A stretch of DNA of 64,000 bases, taken from the NCBI GenBank assembly GCA_965238225.1, contig OZ250183.1, positions 1,338,264 through 1,402,263 on the forward strand, written 5' to 3'. A program made the position numbers and the translations under genes. Source of the stretch: Gammaproteobacteria bacterium (GTDB lineage Bacteria > Pseudomonadota > Gammaproteobacteria > Eutrophobiales > Eutrophobiaceae). Positions 11,635 to 21,372 of this stretch are shown piece by piece. Each line of letters begins with the position of its first letter. The first letter of the stretch is position 1. The notes beneath the pieces were generated by a model that was not told where the DNA came from, did no database searches, and saw only the letters and a list, made by a program, of their open reading frames with translations.

Positions 11635-12156
11635 TTAAGCTAATTTTTTTGGCTCCATGACCATAACCATCTGCCGACCCTCCATCTTCGGGAATTGTTC
11701 TATATTCCCAAACTTGCCAAGGTCTGCTTCAATTCTCTGCAACATCTTGGTTCCTAATTCCTGATGAACCATTTCACGTCCTCGAAATCTCAGCGTAATT
11801 TTTACTTTATCACCCTGATTTAAGAACTTAATTAAATTACGCAATTTAATTTGATAGTCGCTCTCTTCTGTCCCTGGGCGAATCTTGATTTCCTTCACCT
11901 GAATCTGTTTTTGTTTCTTCTTGGCAACGTGCCTTTTCTTGGTCTGTTCAAAAACGAACTTGCCGTAATCCATGATTCGGCAAACTGGAGGTTCCGCAGT
12001 TGGAACAATTTCAACTAAATCCAGTTCAAATCCATCTGCCATAGCTAAAGCATCTTTTAGAGTTGTTAAACCCACTTGTTCTCCATCCTTATCAATAAGT
12101 CTTATTTCTGGAGATGTTATCTCTCCATTTAGACGCGTCTTTTTATTTACAGCGAT
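11635..12156 (-). CDS. infC: Translation initiation factor IF-3, with a non-AUG (AUC) start
   Basis: The track ORF (GTG at 12075) lacks the IF3 N-domain. The in-frame upstream read [32 protein letters not shown] matches the IF3 N-terminus and is bounded by an in-frame stop at 12160-12162. GGAGG lies 8 nt upstream of ATC at 12156-12154. Confidence 0.8.
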   Translation of the reverse strand: MAVNKKTRLNGEITSPEIRLIDKDGEQVGLTTLKDALAMADGFELDLVEIVPTAEPPVCRIMDYGKFVFEQTKKRHVAKKKQKQIQVKEIKIRPGTEESDYQIKLRNLIKFLNQGDKVKITLRFRGREMVHQELGTKMLQRIEADLGKFGNIEQFPKMEGRQMVMVMEPKKLA

Positions 12157-12178
12157 TTGTTATTCCTCCGAATTAAAA

Positions 12179-14101
12179 TTACCCACAATTAGAGCGACCC
12201 AAACACGCGATATCACTTTCAAGGTGCTGAACAAAGGCATCAATTGACATACTGCCCAAGTCTTCGCCATTACGCGTGCGTACGGTCACTGTTTTATTTT
12301 CAACTTCACGAGCCCCTATCACCAACTGATATGGAACGCGTTGAATTGCATGCTCGCGGATTTTAAGCCCGATCCTCTCATTTCTCAAGTCAAGATCGAT
12401 TCTGAATCCTTGTTTTTTCAAGCTTTCTGCTATTTCAGATGCAAATTTGGTCTGATTCTCAGTGAGACTAATCACAGCAGCCTGTATTGGCGCTAACCAA
12501 GCTGGAAAATTACCTGCGTAATGTTCAATCAAAATCCCAATAAATCGCTCCATTGAGCCTAAAATCGCTCGATGGATCATGATGGGCACCTGTTTTGCGC
12601 CATCTTCACCAATATAACTCGCATCTAAGCTACCGGGCATAGAAAAATCTACCTGTATAGTGCCACACTGCCAAGTTCTACCAATACTGTCTTGCAGGAC
12701 AAATTCAATTTTTGGTCCGTAAAAAGCACCTTCGCCCGGCTGTAGCTTCCAATCTAGTTTTTTACCATCAACGGCAATTTTCAGAGCCTCTTCTCCGCGA
12801 TCCCATTGCACATCTGATCCGACACGCTGCTTTGGTCTGGTCGAAATTGCAATGGAGATATTCTCAAAACCAAAATCACGATACGTCTGAAAAGTTAGAT
12901 CAATTAGCGTTGTAACTTCTTCCTGCAATTGTTCTTCGGTGCAAAAAATATGCGCATCATCTTGGGTAAATCGCCTGGCTCGCATCAATCCATGTAGCGT
13001 CCCCGACGCTTCATTACGATGCACGATACCAAACTCAGACATACGTAGCGGTAAATCCCGATAACTCTTGAGTCCTTGATTAAATATCTGGATATGAGCA
13101 GGGCAATTCATTGGCTTAATTGCATATTCACGATTCTCAGAACTGGTTGTGAACATATCATCTGAAAATTTATCCCAATGTCCTGATTTTTCCCACAGTG
13201 AACGATCAATCAATTGTGGTGTGTGAACTTCCTGATAACCATACTGTTTCAATTTTTCTCGCACATATTGCTCAAGTAACTGATAAATTTGCCAACCCTT
13301 TTCGTGCCAAAACACCATTCCGGGCGCCTCATGCTGAAAATGAAAAAGCCCAAATTTTTTACCTAACTTACGATGATCACGTTTTTCGGCTTCTGTAAGA
13401 CGGAGTAGATAGGCCTTCAGGGATTTTTTATTCTGCCATGCTGTTCCATAAATACGTTGCAGCATTTCATTATTGGAATCACCGCGCCAATAGGCTCCTG
13501 CCAGTTTTGTCAATTTGAATGCTTTCAATTTCCCCGTACTGGGAACATGTGGTCCCCGACAAAGATCAGTAAAATCTCCTTGTGAATAAAGAGATAAATC
13601 CTGATCTTCGGGAATTGATTCGATGATTTTAGCTTTATATTCTTCGCCCATATCACGAAAAAATTTCACAGCGTCATTCCTTGGCAATATTCGTCTTGAC
13701 ACCTGCAAATCGGCTTTTGCCAATTCAATCATTTTATCTTCAATCTTTTGCAAGTCTTCTGGTATGAATGATTCCTTGTAAGAGAAATCGTAATAGAAAC
13801 CATCATCAATGACAGGGCCAATAGTGACCTGCGCATCTGGGAATAAGTGCTTCACTGCTTGTGCCATAAGATGCGCACAAGAATGGCGAATTATCTCCAA
13901 CCCTTCTTCATCTCGCTCAGTGATAATTCTTAATACAGAATCATTTTCAATGATATATGAGGCATCAACCAGAACATCGCCAAGCTGGGCGCCAAGGGTT
14001 GCTTTTGCTAGACCAGAACCAATATCATGAGCCACCTGCATGACAGATACAGGATGATCGAACTTTTTTTGAGTGCCATCAGGAAGAGTGATTACGGGCA
14101 T
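12179..14101 (-). CDS. thrS: Threonine--tRNA ligase
   Basis: 640 aa with TGS, editing, class II core and anticodon-binding domains. [24 protein letters not shown]…. Confidence 0.95.
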   Translation of the reverse strand: MPVITLPDGTQKKFDHPVSVMQVAHDIGSGLAKATLGAQLGDVLVDASYIIENDSVLRIITERDEEGLEIIRHSCAHLMAQAVKHLFPDAQVTIGPVIDDGFYYDFSYKESFIPEDLQKIEDKMIELAKADLQVSRRILPRNDAVKFFRDMGEEYKAKIIESIPEDQDLSLYSQGDFTDLCRGPHVPSTGKLKAFKLTKLAGAYWRGDSNNEMLQRIYGTAWQNKKSLKAYLLRLTEAEKRDHRKLGKKFGLFHFQHEAPGMVFWHEKGWQIYQLLEQYVREKLKQYGYQEVHTPQLIDRSLWEKSGHWDKFSDDMFTTSSENREYAIKPMNCPAHIQIFNQGLKSYRDLPLRMSEFGIVHRNEASGTLHGLMRARRFTQDDAHIFCTEEQLQEEVTTLIDLTFQTYRDFGFENISIAISTRPKQRVGSDVQWDRGEEALKIAVDGKKLDWKLQPGEGAFYGPKIEFVLQDSIGRTWQCGTIQVDFSMPGSLDASYIGEDGAKQVPIMIHRAILGSMERFIGILIEHYAGNFPAWLAPIQAAVISLTENQTKFASEIAESLKKQGFRIDLDLRNERIGLKIREHAIQRVPYQLVIGAREVENKTVTVRTRNGEDLGSMSIDAFVQHLESDIACLGRSNCG

Positions 14102-14404
14102 GCTACCTCCTTTTCTTAAACAGTGGCGACCTACACAAAGAGTCGCTTAACAAAAGAGCAGTGATACTAAAAATCAAAGGCACTGTATTAAAAAATACTG
14201 TATTAAAATATTTCCCCATACTAATAATTTGTACTAATAAAATCTTAATTTGTACTAATAAAATCTTGTGTTAATAAAATAAGATTTTATAAAGTGCCCG
14301 ATCCTATAATAGAGTTTCGATACTGGCAAGTAAACTTACAAATATATGTCGTGATGTTAGAATTTATTATCATGGACTTACTTGAGGCAGTACTTTGAGG
14401 AATT

Positions 14405-14481
14405 TGGTAGGCGCGATTGGACTCGAACCAACGACCCCCACCATGTCAAGGTGGTGCTCTAACCAGCTGAGCTACGCGCCT
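14405..14481 (-). tRNA. tRNA-Val (anticodon GAC)
   Basis: Minus-strand read AGGCGCGTAGCTCAGCTGGTTAGAGCACCACCTTGACATGGTGGGGGTCGTTGGTTCGAGTCCAATCGCGCCTACCA. Anticodon loop UUGACAU; 7-bp acceptor stem; CCA encoded. Confidence 0.85.
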
Positions 14482-14583
14482 AAATAATTCAAGGTTGTAT
14501 TAATGCGAGGAATATTTTAATAGCCAAACTTTATAATTGATATATCAGGATCATACGAAGGCACAATGCGCTAAAGTTTAGCC

Positions 14584-14877
14584 TTATTCTCCCTCACTTT
14601 CTTCTTGCAATTCTGCAATATCTGTTTCAACATCTTCAAGCGCTGATTCTTTCAATCTAGAAATCTCCGCTTCAACATCTTCAAGCGCTAATTGATAACT
14701 TGCTATTTCATTTTCATTGTTCGCTAACTTTTCCTTAAAATCAGAATTTGAATCCTGTAATTCTTGTAGCTTATTTTTTGCTTCGGTCACCTCTACAATG
14801 AGATCTTCGTTCCCTGCATAACTTGCTGTCGCAAAAAATAGTAATGAAACAAATAAAATCAATGTTAATCTTTTCAT
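14584..14877 (-). CDS. Small secreted acidic coiled-coil protein (hypothetical)
   Basis: Signal peptide MKRLTLILFVSLLFFATASYA. Internal 15-aa repeat (EDVEAEISRLK / EDVETDIAELQ) encoded by a 19-bp exact direct repeat with a 45-bp period. Confidence 0.4.
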   Translation of the reverse strand: MKRLTLILFVSLLFFATASYAGNEDLIVEVTEAKNKLQELQDSNSDFKEKLANNENEIASYQLALEDVEAEISRLKESALEDVETDIAELQEESEGE

Positions 14878-14956
14878 TTTCGTAAGATTCTTTTAAATTT
14901 CTCTAAGTAGATTCATCTAAGTCTTGTCTGTGATATTTTACTACAAAATTCTGTCG

Positions 14957-15643
14957 CTAGGTACGATATCCCCTAGCGCTTTCGAACAAGTCTGTTATCC
15001 AATATATCTGTGCGCCGATAGCAGCAAATGGTAATAATATCCATGCGACATTAAATACAGCTAAGCCCAAAACGATAATACAGAAGTCTGCACGACTGAG
15101 TTTATGAAATATAAATATGACCCAATCTAGTTTTTTTTCTGGTTTTTTTGCTTGCTTTGCCTGCTCTTCCCTGCTGATAGTTTTTAGATTTCTACTCTTT
15201 CTCGCATAGTATATTAGGTCGACAATATAATCAATCAACGCACCTGCTGCTGCTGCTAATCCTAACCAAAACCAAAACTGCTGCCCGCTTACTTGCACTG
15301 TGCCGTAACCTAATGCAGCAAAGAAACTAGCATCCACGATCCAGTCCACCATATCGTCCAGTTTTGCGCCAAAATCAGAAGACATGTTTTTGACCCTAGC
15401 AACTTCACCATCGCAATTATCAAATACATAACTGGCGACCAATAATAACCCGCCAACAATCCCTGTAATCCAATCACCCTGCATAAAACAGGCAGCACAG
15501 CTTAAGCCTAATAAAAGTGATACAACAGTGATCTGATTTGGGGTGATGGGTATTTTCAGAAGTATGGGGGTCAGTCGATAGGATAGATGTCTTATCAAAG
15601 GGAATATCTGTTCTGGCGCTTCAGGGATGCTCGTGCTGTTCAT
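14957..15643 (-). CDS. CDP-alcohol phosphatidyltransferase family membrane protein (paralog 1)
   Basis: 228 aa with D-x2-DGEVAR-x8-G-x3-D-x3-D (DNCDGEVARVKNMSSDFGAKLDDMVD). Multiple TM segments. Transcribed divergently from the hpnL-like gene. Confidence 0.7.
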   Translation of the reverse strand: MNSTSIPEAPEQIFPLIRHLSYRLTPILLKIPITPNQITVVSLLLGLSCAACFMQGDWITGIVGGLLLVASYVFDNCDGEVARVKNMSSDFGAKLDDMVDWIVDASFFAALGYGTVQVSGQQFWFWLGLAAAAGALIDYIVDLIYYARKSRNLKTISREEQAKQAKKPEKKLDWVIFIFHKLSRADFCIIVLGLAVFNVAWILLPFAAIGAQIYWITDLFESARGYRT

Positions 15644-15987
15644 AATTCATTCAAAAAAATCTTCATTCAAAAATCTATGTTGTTAATAGTCTATTGGCTT
15701 TGTGTTTTTTATCAATCACCGAACCATATTGCTTGTTGTATTCCAAGTTCAAAACTCTCAATTTGGCTTGACCTATGCATCACCTACCGTATAACTCCGT
15801 ACAGGCGTATGCTAAGGGCGTACTTTAATGAATATAACGCGAGACATAGCAAGATTTAATTTTTTTATGTCTGCTGCATGTCTGCCGTGATTCTTGCAAA
15901 GAAAATGGCATGTTATACCTCATTTAAGTTATATTGCGTCTATCGTAATATTAGATTATTTCAAAACTAATTTCCTGACAAACATTA

Positions 15988-16959
15988 ATGCGTGTGCTTT
16001 CTATTATTGGTCTGATTTTAGGCCTGTCTATTTTTGTCCTATTGATTCTGTGGCAAGGTATTGATGATCTTTTTCACCTGTTAGCAACATCAGGCTACGA
16101 ATTACTTATTTTACCTATCGTTTGGTCGCCCTGCCTTCTGGCAGCGACTGTTTCATGGTGTATGTTATTTCCGAAACAATATACGCCAAAATTTTTAACG
16201 GCACTCAAAGCGCTTTGGATTGGGCGAGCTATCAATACATTATTGCCTGTCGCCACTATTGGTGGTGAAATTGCCAAAGCTAGGTTAATAACGCTCTGGG
16301 GAGTAAATGGTGTGAACTCTAGTGCTTCTGTGTTGGTAGATAAAACAGTACAAGCAATGGCGGTGGCTATTTGGGCCTTCGTTGGAACACTGCTACTCAT
16401 CTATCTTGCTTTGGATAACGAACTGGCGATTGCAGCCATGCTGGGCATCACTGCCTTAGCCGGAGGTTTGCTGGGATTTATCCTGATACAGCACGCAGGC
16501 ATGGTCGGTTTCATGGCTAAAGTCGTTGGTAAATTTGTTAGTACTGATAGCTGGGAGACCATCACCAATAATGCCAGAGAAGTGGATGCCATTGTCCGAG
16601 ATATATATAGCGATTACCATTGCATCATCATCTCAACACTGTGGCGTACATTTGGTCTCGTATTACAGACCTCCGAAGTCTGGCTGGCTTGCTGTTTGCT
16701 CGGTTTTCCTATCAGTATTATTGAAGCTTTGATGTTGAAAAGCCTAACAAGTACCATCAGTGATATCGCTTTCTTTATTCCAAATGCGTATGGGATTCAG
16801 GAAGGCAGTTATGTTGTGTTAGGTGCGCTGCTTGGAATAATGCCCGATATAGCATTAGCTATATCGCTGGCAACAAGGATTCGAGAGTTTCTAATCGATA
16901 TTCCTGGCTTAGTGGTCTGGCAACACTTTGAAAGTAAACGGCTTGTGAGTAAAAAGTAA
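15988..16959 (+). CDS. hpnL: HpnL-like / UPF0104 (lysylphosphatidylglycerol-synthase TM-region-like, 'flippase-like') integral membrane protein
   Basis: 323 aa and polytopic. This is the family that accompanies GT2 lipid glycosyltransferases. It is the first gene of a same-strand run with the GT, radical SAM and YdjC genes. Confidence 0.6.
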   Translation: MRVLSIIGLILGLSIFVLLILWQGIDDLFHLLATSGYELLILPIVWSPCLLAATVSWCMLFPKQYTPKFLTALKALWIGRAINTLLPVATIGGEIAKARLITLWGVNGVNSSASVLVDKTVQAMAVAIWAFVGTLLLIYLALDNELAIAAMLGITALAGGLLGFILIQHAGMVGFMAKVVGKFVSTDSWETITNNAREVDAIVRDIYSDYHCIIISTLWRTFGLVLQTSEVWLACCLLGFPISIIEALMLKSLTSTISDIAFFIPNAYGIQEGSYVVLGALLGIMPDIALAISLATRIREFLIDIPGLVVWQHFESKRLVSKK

Positions 16960-16999
16960 AAAAATATTAATTAATCAAAAAATATATAATGGATTTTCG

Positions 17000-18171
17000 A
17001 TGAATAACTACGAAATCATATTTTATCTGTTGTTATTGATTAATCTCTGCGCGATTGGCTATTTATTATTCGCTAGTTTTTGCATCATTAGGCTTCGAAA
17101 AATCAAAAAAACCCCCATACCTTCTCAAGCTTTACACCGCCTGTCACGATATTTAAACCTATTTGTGGTTTAGAACGCGGCATAGATAAGAATTTACGAT
17201 CATTTTGCGAACAAGATTATCCTGAATACCAAATCATCTTTGGGTTGCATGGAAAAGATGATGCGGCAATTCCTGTGATTGAAAAGATTATCCATGATTA
17301 TCCGCATCTGGATTTAAAAATGGTCGTCGATGCACGGTTACATGGCTCAAACCGTAAGGTCTCCAATCTAATTAATATGTTTCACTTGACCAAATATGAC
17401 ATTCTACTGGTTGCAGACAGTGATATGCATGCCAGTAAACATTACCTGCGCAATATTGTTGCGCCATTTGCCGATACCGCAAACGGTGCTGTCACCTGCC
17501 TTTATTCAGGTCGTGCCGCAGGTAATATCGCTTCAAAACTAAATGCCATGTATATCAATGAATGGTTTCTCCCTTCGGTGCTTATCTCAAATGCGCTGAA
17601 AGATATTAGTTATTGTCTGGGGGCGACGATGGCCATACGCCGTGGAATATTGACTAATTTTGGAGGTTTCAAGGCGCTGGCTGATTATCTGGCTGATGAC
17701 TACATGCTGGGTCAAATGGTCACAAAATGCGGCTATAAAATACATTTATCGCACACGATAGTAGAAAACATGTCCTACGAATCAAGCTATAAATCATTGT
17801 TCTTGCATGAGCTTCGTTGGGCTAGAACACTCAGAGCCGTTGAACCACTGGGCTATCTCGGCACCTTTTTGACCGACGCATTAGTAATAAGTAGCCTGAC
17901 TACATTATTCGCGTTGATATTCACACAACACACATTTTTACCAGCAACGATTTTAGTGACTACGATTACTGCTCGAATTTTTCTACATCTACAGGTAAAA
18001 TCGGTGCTTAGTTTAAGTGGTGTGGATTTATTGCTGCTTATTCCGGCGAGGGATATACTGTCATTTATTATCCGAATAATAAGCTTTACCGTACATTCAT
18101 TTGAATGGAGAAATCGCATATTTTCTGTAGATGATGGCGGTCTGATGCATGAAGATTCAGGAAACCAATGA
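17000..18171 (+). pseudogene. hpnI: HpnI-like family 2/21 (ceramide-glucosyltransferase-like) lipid glycosyltransferase; reading frame interrupted at an A7C5 tract (17105-17116)
   Basis: Frame 2 (ATG at 17000) gives a TM N-terminus MNNYEIIFYLLLLINLCAIGYLLFASFCIIRLRKIKKTP, then stops at 17171. Frame 1 continues …FTPPVTIFKPICGLERGIDKNLRSFCEQDYPEYQIIFGLHGKDD…KVSNLINMF…VADSDM…, which are GT21/HpnI signature blocks, to 18171. One extra base in the A7 or C5 run would fuse the two frames. Confidence 0.55.
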
Positions 18172-18281
18172 ACAGTCTTCAACTTGGTGAGATAAAAACT
18201 AAAGAAGACAATTAAAAACACGACAAGCTACAGATAAAATAGTTTTGTAGTTTTAATGAAGAATGCAGGAGTCCCGTTGGT

Positions 18282-19703
18282 ATGTTGAAAACATTATTTT
18301 TAAACCCACCCTCCTTTAATGGATTTGACGGTGGTGCTGGGTCTCGTTACCAATGTACACGAGAGGTAAAATCTTTCTGGTATCCAACATGGCTCGCTCA
18401 ACTATCAGCTCTGGTTGAAGGCAGTCGCTTAATCGACGCACCGGCAAGAAATATGTCGCTGGACAAAGTTTTACCTCTAGCAACTGATTATGAATTCCTA
18501 GTGCTGTATACAAGCACACCTTCATTTCTAAACGACGTAAAAATTGCAGAGGCATTCAAACGAGAAAATCCAAAATTACTCATTGGTTTTTGCGGTCCAC
18601 ATGTTGCAGTCAATCCAGATCACACTGTCCTTACTTCTGATGCTATTGATTTTGTCGCGGGGAACGAATTTGATTTCACCATTCAAGAAATCGCTAAAGA
18701 ACAACCTTTAAAAGAAGTCGATGGCATTACCTACAAAAAAAATGGTAAACCAGTTCACAATAAAGACCGTGCATTGATTGAAGATATGGATTCACTGCCT
18801 TGGGTAACTAAAATCTATAAAGAAAATCTGGTCACAGAAGATTACTACAATGGCTACATGCTGCATCCTTACATGTCTTTTTATACTGGCAGAGGTTGCA
18901 AATCTCGTTGTACTTTTTGTCTCTGGCCACAAACTATTTCTGGCCATAACTACCGCACCCGTTCAGTCGATAACATCATTGCAGAATTAATTTATGCAAG
19001 AGATAACTTCCCTGAGGTTAAGGAATTTTTCTTTGATGATGATACGCTAACGGACAATATCGAACATGTAGAGGCATTAGCAAAAAAGATTGGCAAGTTA
19101 GGTATCACTTGGTCTTGCAATGCAAAAGCCAATGTCCCCTATGAAACACTGAAGATAATGAAAGACAATGGTCTGCGCCTTTTACTGGTCGGTTACGAAT
19201 CCGGTAATCAGCAGATATTAATAAACATCAAGAAAGGCATAAGAACAGATATTGCGCGTCAGTTCACCAAAGACTGTCATAGTTTGGGCATCCTCATTCA
19301 CGGAACTTTTATTGTTGGTCTTCCAGGAGAAACAGCGGACACTATTGAAGAATCAATTAAATATGCACAGGAACTAAATCCGCAAACCATCCAAGTGTCA
19401 CTGCCTGCTGCTTATCCTGGAACATTTCTCTACAAACAGGCAATTGAGAATGGTTGGTTAATAGATGACACCACATTGGTAGGCGATAATGGTGTTCAAC
19501 ATTCGGTGTTGAACTATCCACACCTGCCCAGTGATGATATTTTTGAGGCTGTTGATAATTTCTACAAGCGCTTCTATTTCCGTCCGTGGAAAATGGCAAC
19601 ATTATTTTTCGAAATGTGTCAGGATTGGGAAATTATGAAACGTCGCCTTCGTGAAGGCGTGGAATTCTTTAAATTCCTTTTCGTGCGGGAGAGCACAGTC
19701 TGA
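18282..19703 (+). CDS. hpnJ: HpnJ-like B12-binding radical SAM enzyme
   Basis: 473 aa. The N-terminus KTLFLNPPSFNGFDGGAGSRYQ…SFWYPTWLAQ is the characteristic HpnJ start. A CxxxCxxC cluster (GRGCKSRCTFCLWPQ) lies mid-protein. Confidence 0.8.
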   Translation: MLKTLFLNPPSFNGFDGGAGSRYQCTREVKSFWYPTWLAQLSALVEGSRLIDAPARNMSLDKVLPLATDYEFLVLYTSTPSFLNDVKIAEAFKRENPKLLIGFCGPHVAVNPDHTVLTSDAIDFVAGNEFDFTIQEIAKEQPLKEVDGITYKKNGKPVHNKDRALIEDMDSLPWVTKIYKENLVTEDYYNGYMLHPYMSFYTGRGCKSRCTFCLWPQTISGHNYRTRSVDNIIAELIYARDNFPEVKEFFFDDDTLTDNIEHVEALAKKIGKLGITWSCNAKANVPYETLKIMKDNGLRLLLVGYESGNQQILINIKKGIRTDIARQFTKDCHSLGILIHGTFIVGLPGETADTIEESIKYAQELNPQTIQVSLPAAYPGTFLYKQAIENGWLIDDTTLVGDNGVQHSVLNYPHLPSDDIFEAVDNFYKRFYFRPWKMATLFFEMCQDWEIMKRRLREGVEFFKFLFVRESTV

Positions 19704-19708
19704 AAAAA

Positions 19709-20551
19709 TTGATTGTGACAGGCGATGATTTTGGTCTGTCAATCCCCATCAACGAAGCTGTTTCCCAAGCTCATCAAAAAGGCATTCTCACATCAACCAG
19801 TTTGATGGTTTCTGCAACTGAAGCAGATGATGCAATCGCACGAGCCAAGCAGTTGCCAAATCTTAATGTTGGTTTACATCTAGTGCTATCCAATGGTTGT
19901 TCCTGTCTACCGCACAGTGACATTCCTAATCTTGTAAATACTGATGGTGAATTTTCAAATAGGCTTGTCAGTAATGGCATCAAGATATTTTTCAAAGCAA
20001 GCGTCAAGCAGCAATTGAAAGATGAAATCCGCGCACAATTCGAAGCATTTCAAAAAACTGGACTACGCCTTGACCATGTGAATGCGCATAATCATTTTCA
20101 CCTTCATCCTACCGTCTTTGATGCCATCATCGAGATTGGCAAAGATTATGGAATGAATGCTGTCCGAGTCCCTGATGAAAGACCTCTACATGTACTGATA
20201 AATCACCCTAAAGAAAAAATAACGCGATTTGCCATTTGGCTACTCCTCAAGCCATTTATTTTAAGAATGAAAAAGCGACTCATTAAAAATAAAATTAAAT
20301 TTAATGCGAATATTTTTGGTTTGCATCATACCGGGCACATGAATCTTAATACTCTAGCTCGGATACTTCCAAACCTCAAAGATGGCTTGTCAGAAATTTA
20401 TCTGCACCCAGCAACGAAACTATGGGATGACATTGATCCGCTTACAAAAGATTATGAATTTGAAGCAGAATACAAAGCACTCATTCATCCACGAGTAAAA
20501 CGTATCATCGAAAAATTTTCGATTGAGTTAACAACTTTTCAAGAAGCCTAG
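19709..20551 (+). CDS. hpnK: HpnK-like YdjC-family carbohydrate deacetylase
   Basis: 280 aa. MIVTGDDFGLS…GILTSTSLMV…NVGLHLVL is the YdjC/HpnK N-terminal signature. It starts 6 nt after the hpnJ-like stop. Confidence 0.75.
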   Translation: MIVTGDDFGLSIPINEAVSQAHQKGILTSTSLMVSATEADDAIARAKQLPNLNVGLHLVLSNGCSCLPHSDIPNLVNTDGEFSNRLVSNGIKIFFKASVKQQLKDEIRAQFEAFQKTGLRLDHVNAHNHFHLHPTVFDAIIEIGKDYGMNAVRVPDERPLHVLINHPKEKITRFAIWLLLKPFILRMKKRLIKNKIKFNANIFGLHHTGHMNLNTLARILPNLKDGLSEIYLHPATKLWDDIDPLTKDYEFEAEYKALIHPRVKRIIEKFSIELTTFQEA

Positions 20552-20566
20552 GTGGCCTTTTAAATT

Positions 20567-21172
20567 ATGGTTGGAGATTCTTGGACGCATAAAATAGCAC
20601 GGGTTTGTATCTTGCCGCTTGTTAATACGCCTGTCACGCCAAACCATCTGACAACCTTAAGATTAATTACTGGCATAGCTGCTTGTGGTCTATTTGCCAT
20701 AGGAACGACACAGTGGAACTCCTATGGCGGTTTACTATGGCTATTATCTACTTTTCTAGACCGCGCAGATGGTGAGCTGGCTCGCGTCAGCGACAAAACC
20801 AGTCTGTGGGGTCATCAATATGATTATTACTCAGATATGTTTGTCACAGCATTATTCTTTATTGGAATCGGTATTGGCTTAAGAAATACAAGCTGCTGGA
20901 ATATAGAGCTTAGATTTTGGACGATTGTCATGGGCATTTGTGCAGCGACTGGTGTGATTGTTGCTGAAATCCTTGCCGAAAAAATTGATGAGGCGCAAAA
21001 AGATACTGGAAAAAAGGCCTATGCCGGTTTTGCTGGTTTTGATTTTGATGACATAATATATCTCTTCGCGCCTGTTGTTTGGTTAAATCTACACATACCT
21101 TTTCTGATAGGTGCTACAGCAGGCGCGCCAGCATTTGCCTTGCTTACTTGGTATCGCTTCAAGAAACTTTAA
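20567..21172 (+). CDS. CDP-alcohol phosphatidyltransferase family membrane protein (paralog 2)
   Basis: 201 aa. Motif LDRADGELARVSDKTSLWGHQYDYYSD fits D-x2-DG-x2-AR…G-x3-D-x3-D. It shares the N-terminal TPN(Q/H)(I/L)T motif with paralog 1. Confidence 0.65.
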   Translation: MVGDSWTHKIARVCILPLVNTPVTPNHLTTLRLITGIAACGLFAIGTTQWNSYGGLLWLLSTFLDRADGELARVSDKTSLWGHQYDYYSDMFVTALFFIGIGIGLRNTSCWNIELRFWTIVMGICAATGVIVAEILAEKIDEAQKDTGKKAYAGFAGFDFDDIIYLFAPVVWLNLHIPFLIGATAGAPAFALLTWYRFKKL

Positions 21173-21372
21173 GCTAGATTATTATTAAATATAGATATTA
21201 AGACTAAAATCATAAGCATTTAAAAAAATAAGGCGATCTATATATTCGGAAATACGAATATTCTACTGGAGCTAAAACCCTAATTTTTCTGCTAAGGAAT
21301 CACCGCAAAGCAACTCTTGACCAACATCAAAAAAAATAATAAAGCACAATTAATAAATCACAATCGCAAAAA

